Virus record (IMG/VR): IMGVR_UViG_3300003886_000002
Length of the DNA stretch: 64,000 nucleotides
From: a virus
Direction: 5' to 3' (one strand)
The notes under the pieces were generated by a model. The model worked only from the letters and a program-made list of their open reading frames with translations. It searched no databases and was not told the origin of the DNA. Below are positions 27,201-36,701 of the stretch, piece after piece (within the stretch, counting starts at the first letter, position 1; every line of letters begins with the position of its first letter). Both the position numbers and the translations under genes were made by a program.

Positions 27201-27449
27201 GTAGTTTGGGTCTATCTCATATACTTCTGGGTCCAGATCCCATACATTCAGTAGATCTGTCCATTCAGCATTGCTAGGAGCCCCTGGGACTGTACGGGGG
27301 CCTGTAGACAGAACCCCTGTTTGTCCTGTGAATTCGACCCCCGACTCCCATCCTTTAGGGTGGGTGCGCTCAACGCGTTGCGCCTCTGCTTGCCGCCGCT
27401 TCGTCCCCTGCACTACCTCAAGATTCTCGATGTCGTCGGATAAACCCAT
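24297..27449 (-). CDS. metallophosphoesterase/nuclease with two inteins
   Basis: Extein motifs SDWQIGK, GDLVE, GGNHGE, THGH, GHYHH. Confidence 0.85.
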   Translation of the reverse strand: MGLSDDIENLEVVQGTKRRQAEAQRVERTHPKGWESGVEFTGQTGVLSTGPRTVPGAPSNAEWTDLLNVWDLDPEVYEIDPNYNPEFRAWDANMGAGSIERFYYYKARIRLRAAYYGLDIKELLVGIGRHKKPKRSLLIPDEPVDLLMCLSDWQIGKALSDDTPVLTPGGWVLHGHLRAGDSVYGVNGNPVRVLSVTGSAEQPCSRIGFDNGVSLVASGQHGWLGWDSRKASDGQPPQQQLVYTTQEIIQRRFIDQDAPDQAGEGFRIGLPQPVLLDSVQMGVDPYLWGAWISGGDADTGKIVVPLGDAAHWANLFETQATFHAVPQIGYVGIAIEGLLDDLYIAGLLSPGQIPPNLLLGSVSQRLRLLQGLLDVGASVTSSGIVKVTADIQIVDAVDWLVASLGMKTLRSQVQGLLPNTSGKPIYSVEFMPDGDREDHQVFRMKPKLAQLTTSDSGQSRSLLVRSVEPAGMVSAQCITVEGGLYLAGHDLVVTHNSDGDGVKGTIDRVMTSFDRVADYVADLRRINIDIGCLYLIGMGDLVEQCVAPETQVVTNSGTQRIDKLAIEGHAVLQTTRGEWVNADVKSFGKQRLLKITMSRMGVERTEWATPGHRWFRLDSSLDATDGEEVVTAELGQGDFLASTFADNPYQIDALGVQHGYGCPDGHSSSLNSPIPTSPDVRPFPRGDETPEYLMGWAAGYFATAGDVDETVHVSSTDVSALERYAWVCSHVGIGTQPITCKRYTTADGGFASSYRLALIESTIPEWFFVEEPHRLAFKQMVGALSNYLSCCDRDRYWCIESVEDVGREDEVYCAVVSETHAFALVNDLLTGNCWGNYPSQPFTVELNRREQLRLTRRCLRDGTIGLSKIVPRLILGGVGGNHGENRGGSSSSGGKAKAFTTPGDNDDVAIFEMVAEILSMNDDAFGHVKYVIPDEELAIVLDIGGVVVGFTHGHLCTKGGAVEQKVYNWWTGQMAGERPVGDARLLFTGHYHHLCVKNFGPRTWIQCPAQDGGSIWWQNATGSQSSPGALVCTVGANQGNELGYDFLRIL
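24954..25817 (-). mobile_element. intein (288 aa)
   Basis: CVAPETQ...ATPGHRW...VYCAVV...LLTGN/C. Confidence 0.85.
25962..26978 (-). mobile_element. intein (339 aa), Ala1, class-3-like
   Basis: ALSDDTPV...SGQHGW...LQGLLDVG...AQCITV...VVTHN/S. Confidence 0.85.
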
Positions 27450-27742
27450 CACTCCACCTGCGTCCATTGGCAACGGCAAACGCTACGACGATGCCTCTGT
27501 ATCGAGCTGCTAACCACCCTGCTGGCTGCGTCCCTAAACAGGGACGGAAATGACTCATCGGATGCCCATACAGCAACCATTTCGGCTATGTGGGTTCCAT
27601 AAATATGGGAGTCTAATAATTCCTTAAAGGCGGAACAGTCTTTATCAGACATCTGCTCCATGAGTGTGGCAACTCCGCATGATGGGCCTGAACTAGGCCG
27701 CCACCCTTTGCGAAAGTTTTGGATCTCGTCTGCCAGATTCAA
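27449..27742 (-). CDS. hypothetical protein
   Basis: 97 aa, coupled to the phosphoesterase; SIQRHRRSVCRC. Confidence 0.7.
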   Translation of the reverse strand: MNLADEIQNFRKGWRPSSGPSCGVATLMEQMSDKDCSAFKELLDSHIYGTHIAEMVAVWASDESFPSLFRDAASRVVSSSIQRHRRSVCRCQWTQVE

Positions 27743-27790
27743 GATAGCCCCCCTCGGCGTAGCTTCAAAGCATTGAGGGTGAAACCTAAA

Positions 27791-30700
27791 TCATGTACCA
27801 CAGCATGGGGGCTCTGCCTCATCTTGCACATCTGCAACCTCGGGGTTGATTGTCTCTACCCCATTATCGTTGCCGACGCGTCCCAAGATTGCAAAAAGAC
27901 GTGACGCTGCACGTTCTGCACGGATAGGTCGCAGAGCCCCACGAAGCTCAACAATCTCTGCACGAAGCTCAGCCACGTCAGCCCCAAGTGATCCCACCTG
28001 GGGAAATGTGCGCTGCACCATACCTGCCGCGACAAGTGACCTCATTTCACCAGAACCTGAATCGTAGATACCCTGAGGGTTACGACCAGCAGATGCAACC
28101 AAACTGTCTTGGACAATGAACCCTGAGAGGTTCACAGCCAACAGCCCAACCACCTCAAGGTTCTTCCTGATCCTACGCCAGTCAGGAGAGATATCTGAGC
28201 CACGGAGCGCTTGCACCTGCTCCGGAGAAGCGCTAGGTCGAACCGCCCCAGCGGCAACAATTCCCCACGCATTCTCATACAGGTGAACGTCTGCTACAGC
28301 ACACCCCGTATCTGCATAGTGCGCCTCAGCATCCGAAGCCAACAACCGCAGGTTGGGGTGAACCGTATCCATGTAGACAGGGCCACATAGCACCTGCTCG
28401 CCCTCATCAGTAACAACCCCGGGCTTATGGAATGCACTGAACCTGTTCTCTGTATGTGGGACACCCACACACTTATCGGAGAACCCGATATGGCAAGATC
28501 CCCACCGGGCAATCAACCCATAGCAGCGTCCATCTGCATATACCTGAAACTCCTCAGGCTCACCCATGTCGTCAAGTTCGAACCAAGAAGTAGGGGGATT
28601 CAAAGGAGGCGTCAAATTCTTGTTCCCTGCACTGGCGACAAGCGAATCAGGACTCACACGCTGCATGCGCTCTCCCTGCAAAGCGATAGGGACTGGTGAT
28701 GTAAAGCGCCACACATCCCCACGCTCATACCCAGAGGCAACCAATGCTTCGTCATCAGATGCTATGTCTGCGTCAATCACGTGTACCTGTGCCTCTTGGA
28801 ACGCTGGAAAAGGTGTAAGCGTGGCTCCCATGAGCCTGCCTTCTATGAGGACCTGTAGTATATCGTCATCAGAAAGCATCGCGTCAAGAGGGTCTACCTG
28901 ACCGCCACTTGCGTCTTGGAACTCGATAGTTACCATGTCTATGTCTGCGGAAACTCCACGCATGGTACCTTCCGCTATGAGGCGGCGCGCTTCCTTCCCT
29001 TGCTCCCCAGAATCAAAGGAACCACGTCCTATGATCTCTTGGCCTACACGCTCAATCTCCTGTATAGACCCGGCGATAGCTGCACCATCGTGGCCCTCAG
29101 CGTTTACTGTCTGCAACATGAGGGGCAGTGGCAGCTTGCGCCACGTTAGGGTACCTTCGCTTATGAGGCGCCCATCACCAGAAACAACCCCTTCCACAAT
29201 GAGTACCCCCTCCCATTCGAAGTCGCCGCTGACAACGTCCCCATCGATGATCGTATCGTCGCTAGACGTTGCGCTATCCCCATCTGTTCCATCTGGCTGA
29301 GAGTTCGGGCCGTCAACGATTTCATCGTCTCCTGCAAGCTCCTGTACGGAGTCGTCGCTCAACCCCAGTTCGGTTTCTAGTTCCTGTTGTTCCTGAGGGG
29401 TCAATGTTGACTGGCTCTGCTCAACCCATCGGTGAACAATTTCACCAATAAGTTCCCCGTCATTGAGTTCAGTAATATCGCGCTTGCCTGCAAGGTTCGC
29501 TACCTGTTCAAACCACTGAGCCCTCATGTCGCCTATAGCGCTTTCTACATCTGTGATGGGCTCGGCCTCACCTAGATCTGGGACGTTGACCCCTCCGTCG
29601 CGGAGGTGGCGGGCAAGGTGGTTAAAGACCCCTTGGTAATCGCTTGTTGGGATGGTGGAATCATCGATTACGGTAATGGCAGAATGGGCTGCCCACATGA
29701 CTGCTGCCCCAGGGTTGCCATCTTGGTCCACCACGTGGTGAATGAACTTGTATGCGGTCTTTGACCCGGCGGCTCTGTCCTCGTCTCGCCAAGCGAAGAT
29801 ACGTGCGTAGTAGCTTTGGTCTTCTCCCTGGCGGGTACGTTTCTTCGCCTCGTCACCGTTCCACCCTTCGAAGGTGGCAGGGTTGATCGTGGGGGTGCTA
29901 TGGGATGCTAGTGGCCCAAACTCTGCCACTATTTCAGTGGCTGTTGTGTCAAAGTCTTCGTTGGGGTCTACAGGGTTGTTGATGTAGTAGAGATCTACTA
30001 AGTCTGACATGTACCTATGGTCAGTAGGGTTAACAACTACCCCTTCTTCTACGGCCTGTGCGAGCAGTCCAGCATCTTGCAGCGACATCAGCTCAGGTGG
30101 TTCAAGGTCCGCATCGCTCAAATGGGATGCCAGGTGTTTGTAAACCCCTTCCCTGTCTCCACTCGGGATGGTTGTTCCCCCACGTGCCCCATTTAGGACA
30201 CCGATGCCTGTAGACGCCGCGACTGTTGATGCATCCCCTGGGGTTCCGTCATCACCAACGAAGTGATGTATGAACCTGTAGGCGGCTTTCACAGTAGTGT
30301 CTGCCTCATCATCACGCCACGCGTAGATACGAGCGAAATAGTCCTCGTCGCTAGGGGACGTAACCTTCTTCTCGTTCTCCGGCCCATCCCAAGTGTCGAC
30401 AGATGTAGGGGTGTCATGAGGGCTGATAGCAGCAAACGGTTCACTTCCGTCGTCCATCTCGTCTTCATCATCTGTCGTGTCTGTGCCCAAATCGGCAGCA
30501 ATGCCACTCATGAATTCCAAGATGGCTGCCCACTGATCTTCCGTAACCGATGACGATTCTTCACCGTCAGGAGTATCCTCGCTTTCAACCAACTTATCCA
30601 TAGCTTCCTGGGCGGACTCTACAGAATCGTGGCAGCTGATGACAGCCCCGGATTCTGGATCTACGAGTGCCACTGTTGATTCCCCATCGGTGCTCTCGAC

Positions 30701-31417
30701 ACAGTCAGCAGAGTCCTCAACAATGTCCAACCCCGCGGGGTCACCTACAAAGGTCTCCTGTGTACTACCTACTACGGTCTTTGCGGCCACGGTCAATTCC
30801 TCCTCAGTCGGCCCGGAAAGACCCACGTCAACGATTTCTGTACCCCAACGTAATGTGATGTTATCTAAATTCAATGGTAGACCAACTAGGTCCGCGCTGT
30901 CGGGAACTGGCCCATAGTTCAACGTAATATGTGGCTGGAAGTCGTGGTCTTGACGCACTGAGACGCCATTCTCGTTTAGCAGATGCACCAAATCGCTTCT
31001 GAACTCACCTAACCCAGGGGCATCTACCAACGCCAAAGTAATCCCATCAGTCCCGCTCTTCCCGAAAGATCCGATACCTGCTACTTCCCCATCGAAAGGG
31101 GAATAACGCTCTGCAACCCCAGCGATAACTGCCTCTACTGTTTCGCGATCCAACCCGTCACTGATAGCCCCCAGGGAAGCAAGAGTGACATGTAGAGATT
31201 CAGGCTGTTCCCCGCCTGACCGGGCCAACTCTTGTTTCTGGTCGTCTGTAGGCTCAACAGTAACGATGGCACTGTTGGAATGGTCAGCAAACGCCTGTGC
31301 GCGTTCCATCTTTGACGATAGAAGCACAAACAGGTTCTCAGGGAACTCCCCTACACTAACCAGCCCAGGGGTAGACACATCGGCAGAGCCACCGCTTATG
31401 GTAGTGATATCAGTCAT
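27791..31417 (-). CDS. head maturation protease-like protein fused to 2H phosphoesterase and duplicated domain
   Basis: LHVTL and PHITL motifs; two ARI[YF]AWRD...Y[RK]FIHH repeats; WEGVLIVEG..SGDGR..LPLPL..GHDGA..GVSAD; directly after portal. Confidence 0.75.
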   Translation of the reverse strand: MTDITTISGGSADVSTPGLVSVGEFPENLFVLLSSKMERAQAFADHSNSAIVTVEPTDDQKQELARSGGEQPESLHVTLASLGAISDGLDRETVEAVIAGVAERYSPFDGEVAGIGSFGKSGTDGITLALVDAPGLGEFRSDLVHLLNENGVSVRQDHDFQPHITLNYGPVPDSADLVGLPLNLDNITLRWGTEIVDVGLSGPTEEELTVAAKTVVGSTQETFVGDPAGLDIVEDSADCVESTDGESTVALVDPESGAVISCHDSVESAQEAMDKLVESEDTPDGEESSSVTEDQWAAILEFMSGIAADLGTDTTDDEDEMDDGSEPFAAISPHDTPTSVDTWDGPENEKKVTSPSDEDYFARIYAWRDDEADTTVKAAYRFIHHFVGDDGTPGDASTVAASTGIGVLNGARGGTTIPSGDREGVYKHLASHLSDADLEPPELMSLQDAGLLAQAVEEGVVVNPTDHRYMSDLVDLYYINNPVDPNEDFDTTATEIVAEFGPLASHSTPTINPATFEGWNGDEAKKRTRQGEDQSYYARIFAWRDEDRAAGSKTAYKFIHHVVDQDGNPGAAVMWAAHSAITVIDDSTIPTSDYQGVFNHLARHLRDGGVNVPDLGEAEPITDVESAIGDMRAQWFEQVANLAGKRDITELNDGELIGEIVHRWVEQSQSTLTPQEQQELETELGLSDDSVQELAGDDEIVDGPNSQPDGTDGDSATSSDDTIIDGDVVSGDFEWEGVLIVEGVVSGDGRLISEGTLTWRKLPLPLMLQTVNAEGHDGAAIAGSIQEIERVGQEIIGRGSFDSGEQGKEARRLIAEGTMRGVSADIDMVTIEFQDASGGQVDPLDAMLSDDDILQVLIEGRLMGATLTPFPAFQEAQVHVIDADIASDDEALVASGYERGDVWRFTSPVPIALQGERMQRVSPDSLVASAGNKNLTPPLNPPTSWFELDDMGEPEEFQVYADGRCYGLIARWGSCHIGFSDKCVGVPHTENRFSAFHKPGVVTDEGEQVLCGPVYMDTVHPNLRLLASDAEAHYADTGCAVADVHLYENAWGIVAAGAVRPSASPEQVQALRGSDISPDWRRIRKNLEVVGLLAVNLSGFIVQDSLVASAGRNPQGIYDSGSGEMRSLVAAGMVQRTFPQVGSLGADVAELRAEIVELRGALRPIRAERAASRLFAILGRVGNDNGVETINPEVADVQDEAEPPCCGT

Positions 31418-34400
31418 TGTTCTGATAGGGGTCTACATCCACCTCATACGCCTTCTCTAATGATCCCACAACGAACCCTGTAGGAACACTCAATCCGTTT
31501 ACCCCTGTACGTATAGGCTTTATGAATGCTGTCGCCATATGGGCTGTAAGCACAACAGACAGGTACTGCGAAGCCGCTTTTGCACGCTCGTCCGCCATGA
31601 AAGGATTCTCACCCTTTACTATAAAGTATTCCCTGACCCAAGCTGTGACATCTACCTCAAGGTTGACCCATGCGTCACGCATGAGATCTTCCTTGTGAAG
31701 ATTCATAACGCTGTAGTCATTCTCAGAGAGAACAGAAAGCATCTCATACTTATCGTGCTTGCGGATCTCATCCTTCACAGGCAGATCCGTCCCGTTCAGT
31801 CTAGATATGATTCGATTCGATGCGCGTTCAATAGCTCGTTTCAGCGCAGCATCAGCGGCAGTCTGCAAACGTTCCAGGAGAGCAGCCTCGCCTCCACCCC
31901 CTGGGATACTTGGTCCCCGCGCCTCAGGAACCTGCTGCCCTGTATCAGAATCTGGGATATCTACATCTGTCCCCCCGTCACCCGCCCTTGGCCCCTGGCC
32001 ACGCTGACGCGCCTCATTACCCGGAGATGTCAAATCTTCAGGAGTGAAAATGTCCCCTAGATCTGGGTAAAGTTCTCCAATAACCCGTGTACCCCACAAG
32101 ATGGGTTCTGAGAACATAAGCTTCTCAAGGGTGCGCCTCTTACGCTCCTCCTCATCAGGGGCATCTGAAACATCGAACCCGTTTGCACGCAGATACGACG
32201 CCTCTTTGATAGCTATACGGTCATATGCCCCACGGGCTGCCGGTCCCGTATCTGTACGAGACGTCAACAAGGTTGCATCAAAATTGAGCCTGTAACGAGC
32301 CGCCTTCTCCTCAGTCATGCTCTCACATGTAATTAGCATCGGACGCAAATACGCAACCGTAAGAAACTCAGCTATCTTCTGACCCTTAGGAACAATATGC
32401 TTATCAATGAAATCTGCGTCAATGTTGTAGGAGGTCTGCCCCGTATAGACAACCTTGCCGCTACGCCGGATCATCACGCTGTGATGCGGGGGAACCGTCG
32501 GGCACCAGATCGTGCCCGTATACGATTCGACAGACATCTCCTTCCGCCCCAGGCCGAATGTCGTTTTCCGTGAAATCGACAGCATCGTGCCATTTTGCTT
32601 CGTCTCATAAATATGCGTGGACCGCCCAGAAAGGATGGCTGCCAACTCCAACGGAGCGAGACGATCGCGTTCGGACTGAGTGATGTGCATGGTCCCTGCG
32701 GAGAGAACTGTTCCATCAGCACGAACAGACACATCAATGAACAACTCAATCTGAGATGCCGTCAGGTCATGAATGAATCCCAAATCAAGAACCTTGCGTT
32801 CTGGGTCGGAAAAGAACGGAACCAGCAAGTCCGCTGCGGAAGCGTTCAAACGGAAATCGGTCATGTCGGGACGTTCTGGCCGAATTTGCTCAGCCCACGC
32901 AGGGTCACGCCTCCCTCCGGTCGGACGACCCACGTGACCATCCGTCAAATGCTCTTTGGCATTCCCTAACAAAAGTGTCAAGGAGTTACGAATCCGCTCG
33001 ACATGGAAGGGGTTCACCTTATTCGACTGACATATCGATACCTGTGGGGACTGGTCACGATTTTTGAATCGAATGTTCCCTTCAGTCCAGAGCCACGCAA
33101 GGACCTCGACTAATTCGTCGGACCACTTCATCTCCTTCGGGCGGTCCGATGAAGGGGCTGCCACAAGGAGCGAATCATTTGAGTTGAGTTCTTCACTGGT
33201 GGTCCAGATACGGTCCTGACCGACCACACGGGATGTTGTGCGGCCATCCACGTCAGTCACATTTTCTCGGATCTTGTGAAGTGTCGGCCAACGGTGGTCC
33301 ATCGTGGTCAACGACGAATGTCGGTCACCCTCTATAGAGAGCATCGGTAAATCAACCACGTCGGCTCGGTAAACGTCAGTCGATGGGCGCCACTCGGTTG
33401 CCCCTGTCTCATGGTTCAATGACAGCAGAATGTCCCCCACCTCAAATTCGTCTATCCCCTTCCAACCATCAGTGGTAAGAACCTCCGTCTTGTCGTCGCA
33501 ACACCAATGGTTAAGCCCACCCTTTCCACCAATCACTTCTGGAGGGGCGTCCATACCTGTTGCAAGACGCTGTAGCGCCTCTTGACGCAGCGACTGGTAC
33601 AGGGTGTCTAATCCACGTGCAAGGTCTACCAAACCCATCAGGTCCTTAGCAGGCTTGCCGTCGATCATGGCAGGGCCACGCATAAGGAGCGGGATCAGCG
33701 ATGCGGCAGATGTACGGTCTTCGACCGGTGCTTTGATCTGGTCGATCCACTCTTCTGAGAACTCGTCAATTTCGTCAGTATCTGCCCCATCATTCTCCGT
33801 TTCGTCGAATGACCCGAATGAGAACTCGTCGGGAAGATAGTAGATTCCTGCGTTGAGACGACCCTTAGCAATTGCATCCACAACCTGGGTAAGTAAAACG
33901 ATTTCACGACAGTTGTGAACCACGACCCCCTGTACAATGAAGTTGGCTGGTCCCGGCACCGTCAGGTCCCATACAGGGGCAACTCCGTCCGGTTCTACGG
34001 ACTGCACCCGGGTGACTGCGAACCCGTCCCCGACAGCGCCTTCGTCAGCGGTGACGATGCAATGATCACCAGTGAGTTCCTGGACCTGCACCCATTGAAC
34101 GTCATCTGATGGAACTATTCCCCCGTCACCCACAACATGCTGGGTTGCCAGGATGCGGTGGTCTGCTGTAGCCCGTACAGTGTAGACGCCTGCCTGAACC
34201 TTCAACACGGGTTTGTCACCATTCGCTGTCACGGCAGACACAGGGGAGAGGACGGCGCGCCCACCATCCCACGCCCATACTTCGTCGCCAACACTGACAT
34301 CCTGAATCGCAACTAACCCTAAATCTGTGGAAACCAGTTCTCCTTCTGCTACACAGATGGGGAGCAAACGTTTAACCGCAGAATATGCTCTGTGATAGAA

Positions 34401-35051
34401 GCGGGGGTCAGGCTGCCATAAGCGTGCTACGTAAGTTTCTTTCGGAAGGTCTACCCGCCCACCTGAGCCTGTCTCCCCGATACGCTGTATCTTGTTTCCG
34501 CTAGGCTTGAGTTCCTCTGTAGACAAGAACTCCCACACAATTCCTTCGTCTACACCTGTAAGCTCATTCTTTATTGGGGTGCCCACAAGGTAGGATTCCC
34601 CTGCCGTGTACAAGTGTTCTGATGCACGTTTGATAAGTTCTTTCTTCCCCCCCTGCGGACCTACGAAGGCGTCCCATATGCTGTTAACCTTTTCATCTGC
34701 CGTATCAACCCAGCCGAAATCATTGGCAAGGTCACGTTCTTGTGTCCGTATGACACACGACGATATTGCGTCTGATGTCAACTCAATCAGATAGCCCAGC
34801 TCGCCTATCACCTCTGCAAACCCATACGCGTCCCGCTGCCACGCCTCATTTGGGGTAAGGGGAATCGCAAGATCCCCAAGCTTGGTTAGGCGTCCCGGAG
34901 CAAAAATGGCAGACTGCCCCGGCTTGATGATTGCAAACTCTGCCCCTCGGCCCCGCATGGAACCGCTGCGGCGAAGTGGTCCTTGTCTCGGCACGCGTGT
35001 AAACCTCTCCACATTCGTTACATCTAGAGCGTAGCCTACTCGGCGACGCAA
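31410..35051 (-). CDS. portal protein with two inteins
   Basis: WQRDAYGFAEVIGEL, RLWQPDP, RLATGMDAPPEVIGG..LNHW; position upstream of protease. Confidence 0.8.
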   Translation of the reverse strand: MRRRVGYALDVTNVERFTRVPRQGPLRRSGSMRGRGAEFAIIKPGQSAIFAPGRLTKLGDLAIPLTPNEAWQRDAYGFAEVIGELGYLIELTSDAISSCVIRTQERDLANDFGWVDTADEKVNSIWDAFVGPQGGKKELIKRASEHLYTAGESYLVGTPIKNELTGVDEGIVWEFLSTEELKPSGNKIQRIGETGSGGRVDLPKETYVARLWQPDPRFYHRAYSAVKRLLPICVAEGELVSTDLGLVAIQDVSVGDEVWAWDGGRAVLSPVSAVTANGDKPVLKVQAGVYTVRATADHRILATQHVVGDGGIVPSDDVQWVQVQELTGDHCIVTADEGAVGDGFAVTRVQSVEPDGVAPVWDLTVPGPANFIVQGVVVHNCREIVLLTQVVDAIAKGRLNAGIYYLPDEFSFGSFDETENDGADTDEIDEFSEEWIDQIKAPVEDRTSAASLIPLLMRGPAMIDGKPAKDLMGLVDLARGLDTLYQSLRQEALQRLATGMDAPPEVIGGKGGLNHWCCDDKTEVLTTDGWKGIDEFEVGDILLSLNHETGATEWRPSTDVYRADVVDLPMLSIEGDRHSSLTTMDHRWPTLHKIRENVTDVDGRTTSRVVGQDRIWTTSEELNSNDSLLVAAPSSDRPKEMKWSDELVEVLAWLWTEGNIRFKNRDQSPQVSICQSNKVNPFHVERIRNSLTLLLGNAKEHLTDGHVGRPTGGRRDPAWAEQIRPERPDMTDFRLNASAADLLVPFFSDPERKVLDLGFIHDLTASQIELFIDVSVRADGTVLSAGTMHITQSERDRLAPLELAAILSGRSTHIYETKQNGTMLSISRKTTFGLGRKEMSVESYTGTIWCPTVPPHHSVMIRRSGKVVYTGQTSYNIDADFIDKHIVPKGQKIAEFLTVAYLRPMLITCESMTEEKAARYRLNFDATLLTSRTDTGPAARGAYDRIAIKEASYLRANGFDVSDAPDEEERKRRTLEKLMFSEPILWGTRVIGELYPDLGDIFTPEDLTSPGNEARQRGQGPRAGDGGTDVDIPDSDTGQQVPEARGPSIPGGGGEAALLERLQTAADAALKRAIERASNRIISRLNGTDLPVKDEIRKHDKYEMLSVLSENDYSVMNLHKEDLMRDAWVNLEVDVTAWVREYFIVKGENPFMADERAKAASQYLSVVLTAHMATAFIKPIRTGVNGLSVPTGFVVGSLEKAYEVDVDPYQNND
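32436..33503 (-). mobile_element. intein (356 aa) ending in Gln
   Basis: CCDDKTEVLT...TTMDHRW...AWLWTEG...IWCPT...VYTGQ/T. Confidence 0.85.
33912..34355 (-). mobile_element. mini-intein (148 aa)
   Basis: CVAEGELV...ATADHRI...VWDLTV...VVHN/C. Confidence 0.9.
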
Positions 35052-35101
35052 GTGTCACACCCAGGTGTTAGCATACCGAAGTTCACTAAGAAAGGGTTTC
35101 C

Positions 35102-35896
35102 ATGGCTATCGATGAACAATACGCCTCCCCCGGGTTGAGATGGGGGCTGCTACAGGACGATTATCCTGAGGCAACCAATGAGTACACTCTGATCACAGCG
35201 GAGGGCATCCCGGGAGGACACCCGTTCGCAGGTCCGGACGATGAGTTCGTTCTATGCACCATCGCTTTCCCTCTCCCATGCCGCAAGGCTCCTGCCTATG
35301 GGTGGAAACCACTGTCAGAGGCACGCAACAGGGATGACGAATCGTACGCTGCCCTGAGGACCAAAGCGCTTGGGCGCGCCCTCAAGGACGCAGGGTACCC
35401 TGACAAGTTGCCGGATCTCAAGGCTTTAACATTTTGGCGGAAGCGTTCTGCTGAGATCGATGCTATGACTCTTGGGCACCCCCTAGAAATCGACTCAACC
35501 AACGAGGTTGTGGCGGCACTTGATGCTGCGGCTGAGTCAACCCCTGATGCTGTCGGTCACGATGAGCGGGGGGACGTAGTGGACGCAACTGTATCGCAGA
35601 TCCAAGAAATAGTGGATGACCGTGAGAAGCACAGCCAGCAGGAATCTGTGCAAGTCAACAGCGACAGCACAGAGGGCGACAGTCCCGAGTTCGATATCGG
35701 AGATGGACTAGACGAGAAGCGCGTAGAACTCATGGAGGTGATCGCAGGACTTGATCCAGACACGATAGCCCGCTTGAAAGGGTTCGTGTCCGACAACGAT
35801 CTAGTGGAAGACTTGTCTACGTGGGGGGCAGAGGAACTAGACAACCTTGAAGGTTGGCTGCTGTCCCCTGTGGCAAACTCTGATGACGGCAGGTAG
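35102..35896 (+). CDS. hypothetical acidic protein
   Basis: 264-aa ORF behind promoter motif at about 35053. Confidence 0.7.
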   Translation: MAIDEQYASPGLRWGLLQDDYPEATNEYTLITAEGIPGGHPFAGPDDEFVLCTIAFPLPCRKAPAYGWKPLSEARNRDDESYAALRTKALGRALKDAGYPDKLPDLKALTFWRKRSAEIDAMTLGHPLEIDSTNEVVAALDAAAESTPDAVGHDERGDVVDATVSQIQEIVDDREKHSQQESVQVNSDSTEGDSPEFDIGDGLDEKRVELMEVIAGLDPDTIARLKGFVSDNDLVEDLSTWGAEELDNLEGWLLSPVANSDDGR

Positions 35897-35904
35897 GAGA
35901 TCTC

Positions 35905-36270
35905 ATGGTTGACAAGTTCGAATCGAAAGTCGTTGGGGTCTCGTTTGCCCCGGGGTACCCCGACAACATTCACACACTAGAAAAAGTGGCAGGGCGCGCT
36001 TTCATCGAAGGGGGGGAAGGGGTGACTGCTACCTTGATTCGAAACCCCAATAACGAATTCGACGAAAATGCGATTGAGGTTCACGTCTCCGCACTAGGGG
36101 ATGACAGTATGATAGGGCACTTGCCACGCGACTTGTCATCGAAGATAGCGCCGATGATGGATAATGGTCTGGCATGGGACGCAACGATCAAGAACGTGTA
36201 TGTGAACCCTGACCACCCCGAACGCCCAGGTATTTCGATTCTGGTGCAACGAGGGGACACTCTGCTCTGA
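35905..36270 (+). CDS. HIRAN domain protein
   Basis: VVGVSF, LIRNPNNEFDENAIEV, IGHLPR. Confidence 0.85.
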   Translation: MVDKFESKVVGVSFAPGYPDNIHTLEKVAGRAFIEGGEGVTATLIRNPNNEFDENAIEVHVSALGDDSMIGHLPRDLSSKIAPMMDNGLAWDATIKNVYVNPDHPERPGISILVQRGDTLL

Positions 36271-36340
36271 AGGCGAAGGAAGACACGAATAGCGCTGCGA
36301 TGGCGTAGAGATGCACGAATAACGTGCAGGGAGCACTGCG

Positions 36341-36589
36341 ATGGCGAAGAAAAACACGAATAGGGTATGCATCGCAGTCTTGAAGGGTGGACCACGTGAC
36401 GCAGATAAATGTAGGGTTGTTTATCCACCTCCCCCCTATTTCCGTCTTGCGTTCCCTGAATGGTCAACCTACGTGCTGGAAGAGAAAACATCAGAAGCAG
36501 ACGCCCATAGACTCGCTACATTCCTGTTTAGGTACACGGGACCGGAGCCCCCTTCGGAAGATCTGGTCAACCAAGTCAAAGGGTTCTGA
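36341..36589 (+). CDS. hypothetical protein
   Basis: 82 aa, LKGGPRD. Confidence 0.55.
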   Translation: MAKKNTNRVCIAVLKGGPRDADKCRVVYPPPPYFRLAFPEWSTYVLEEKTSEADAHRLATFLFRYTGPEPPSEDLVNQVKGF

Positions 36590-36701
36590 CCGTCTGCTAC
36601 GACCATCCGTGTATAAGGAACGACATGCGTCATGCCTATGTGGTAAGCATGTTAGCCACAACTTGTGTTGCGTAAGCAGCCTATAAGGAGAATCAACATC
36701 T

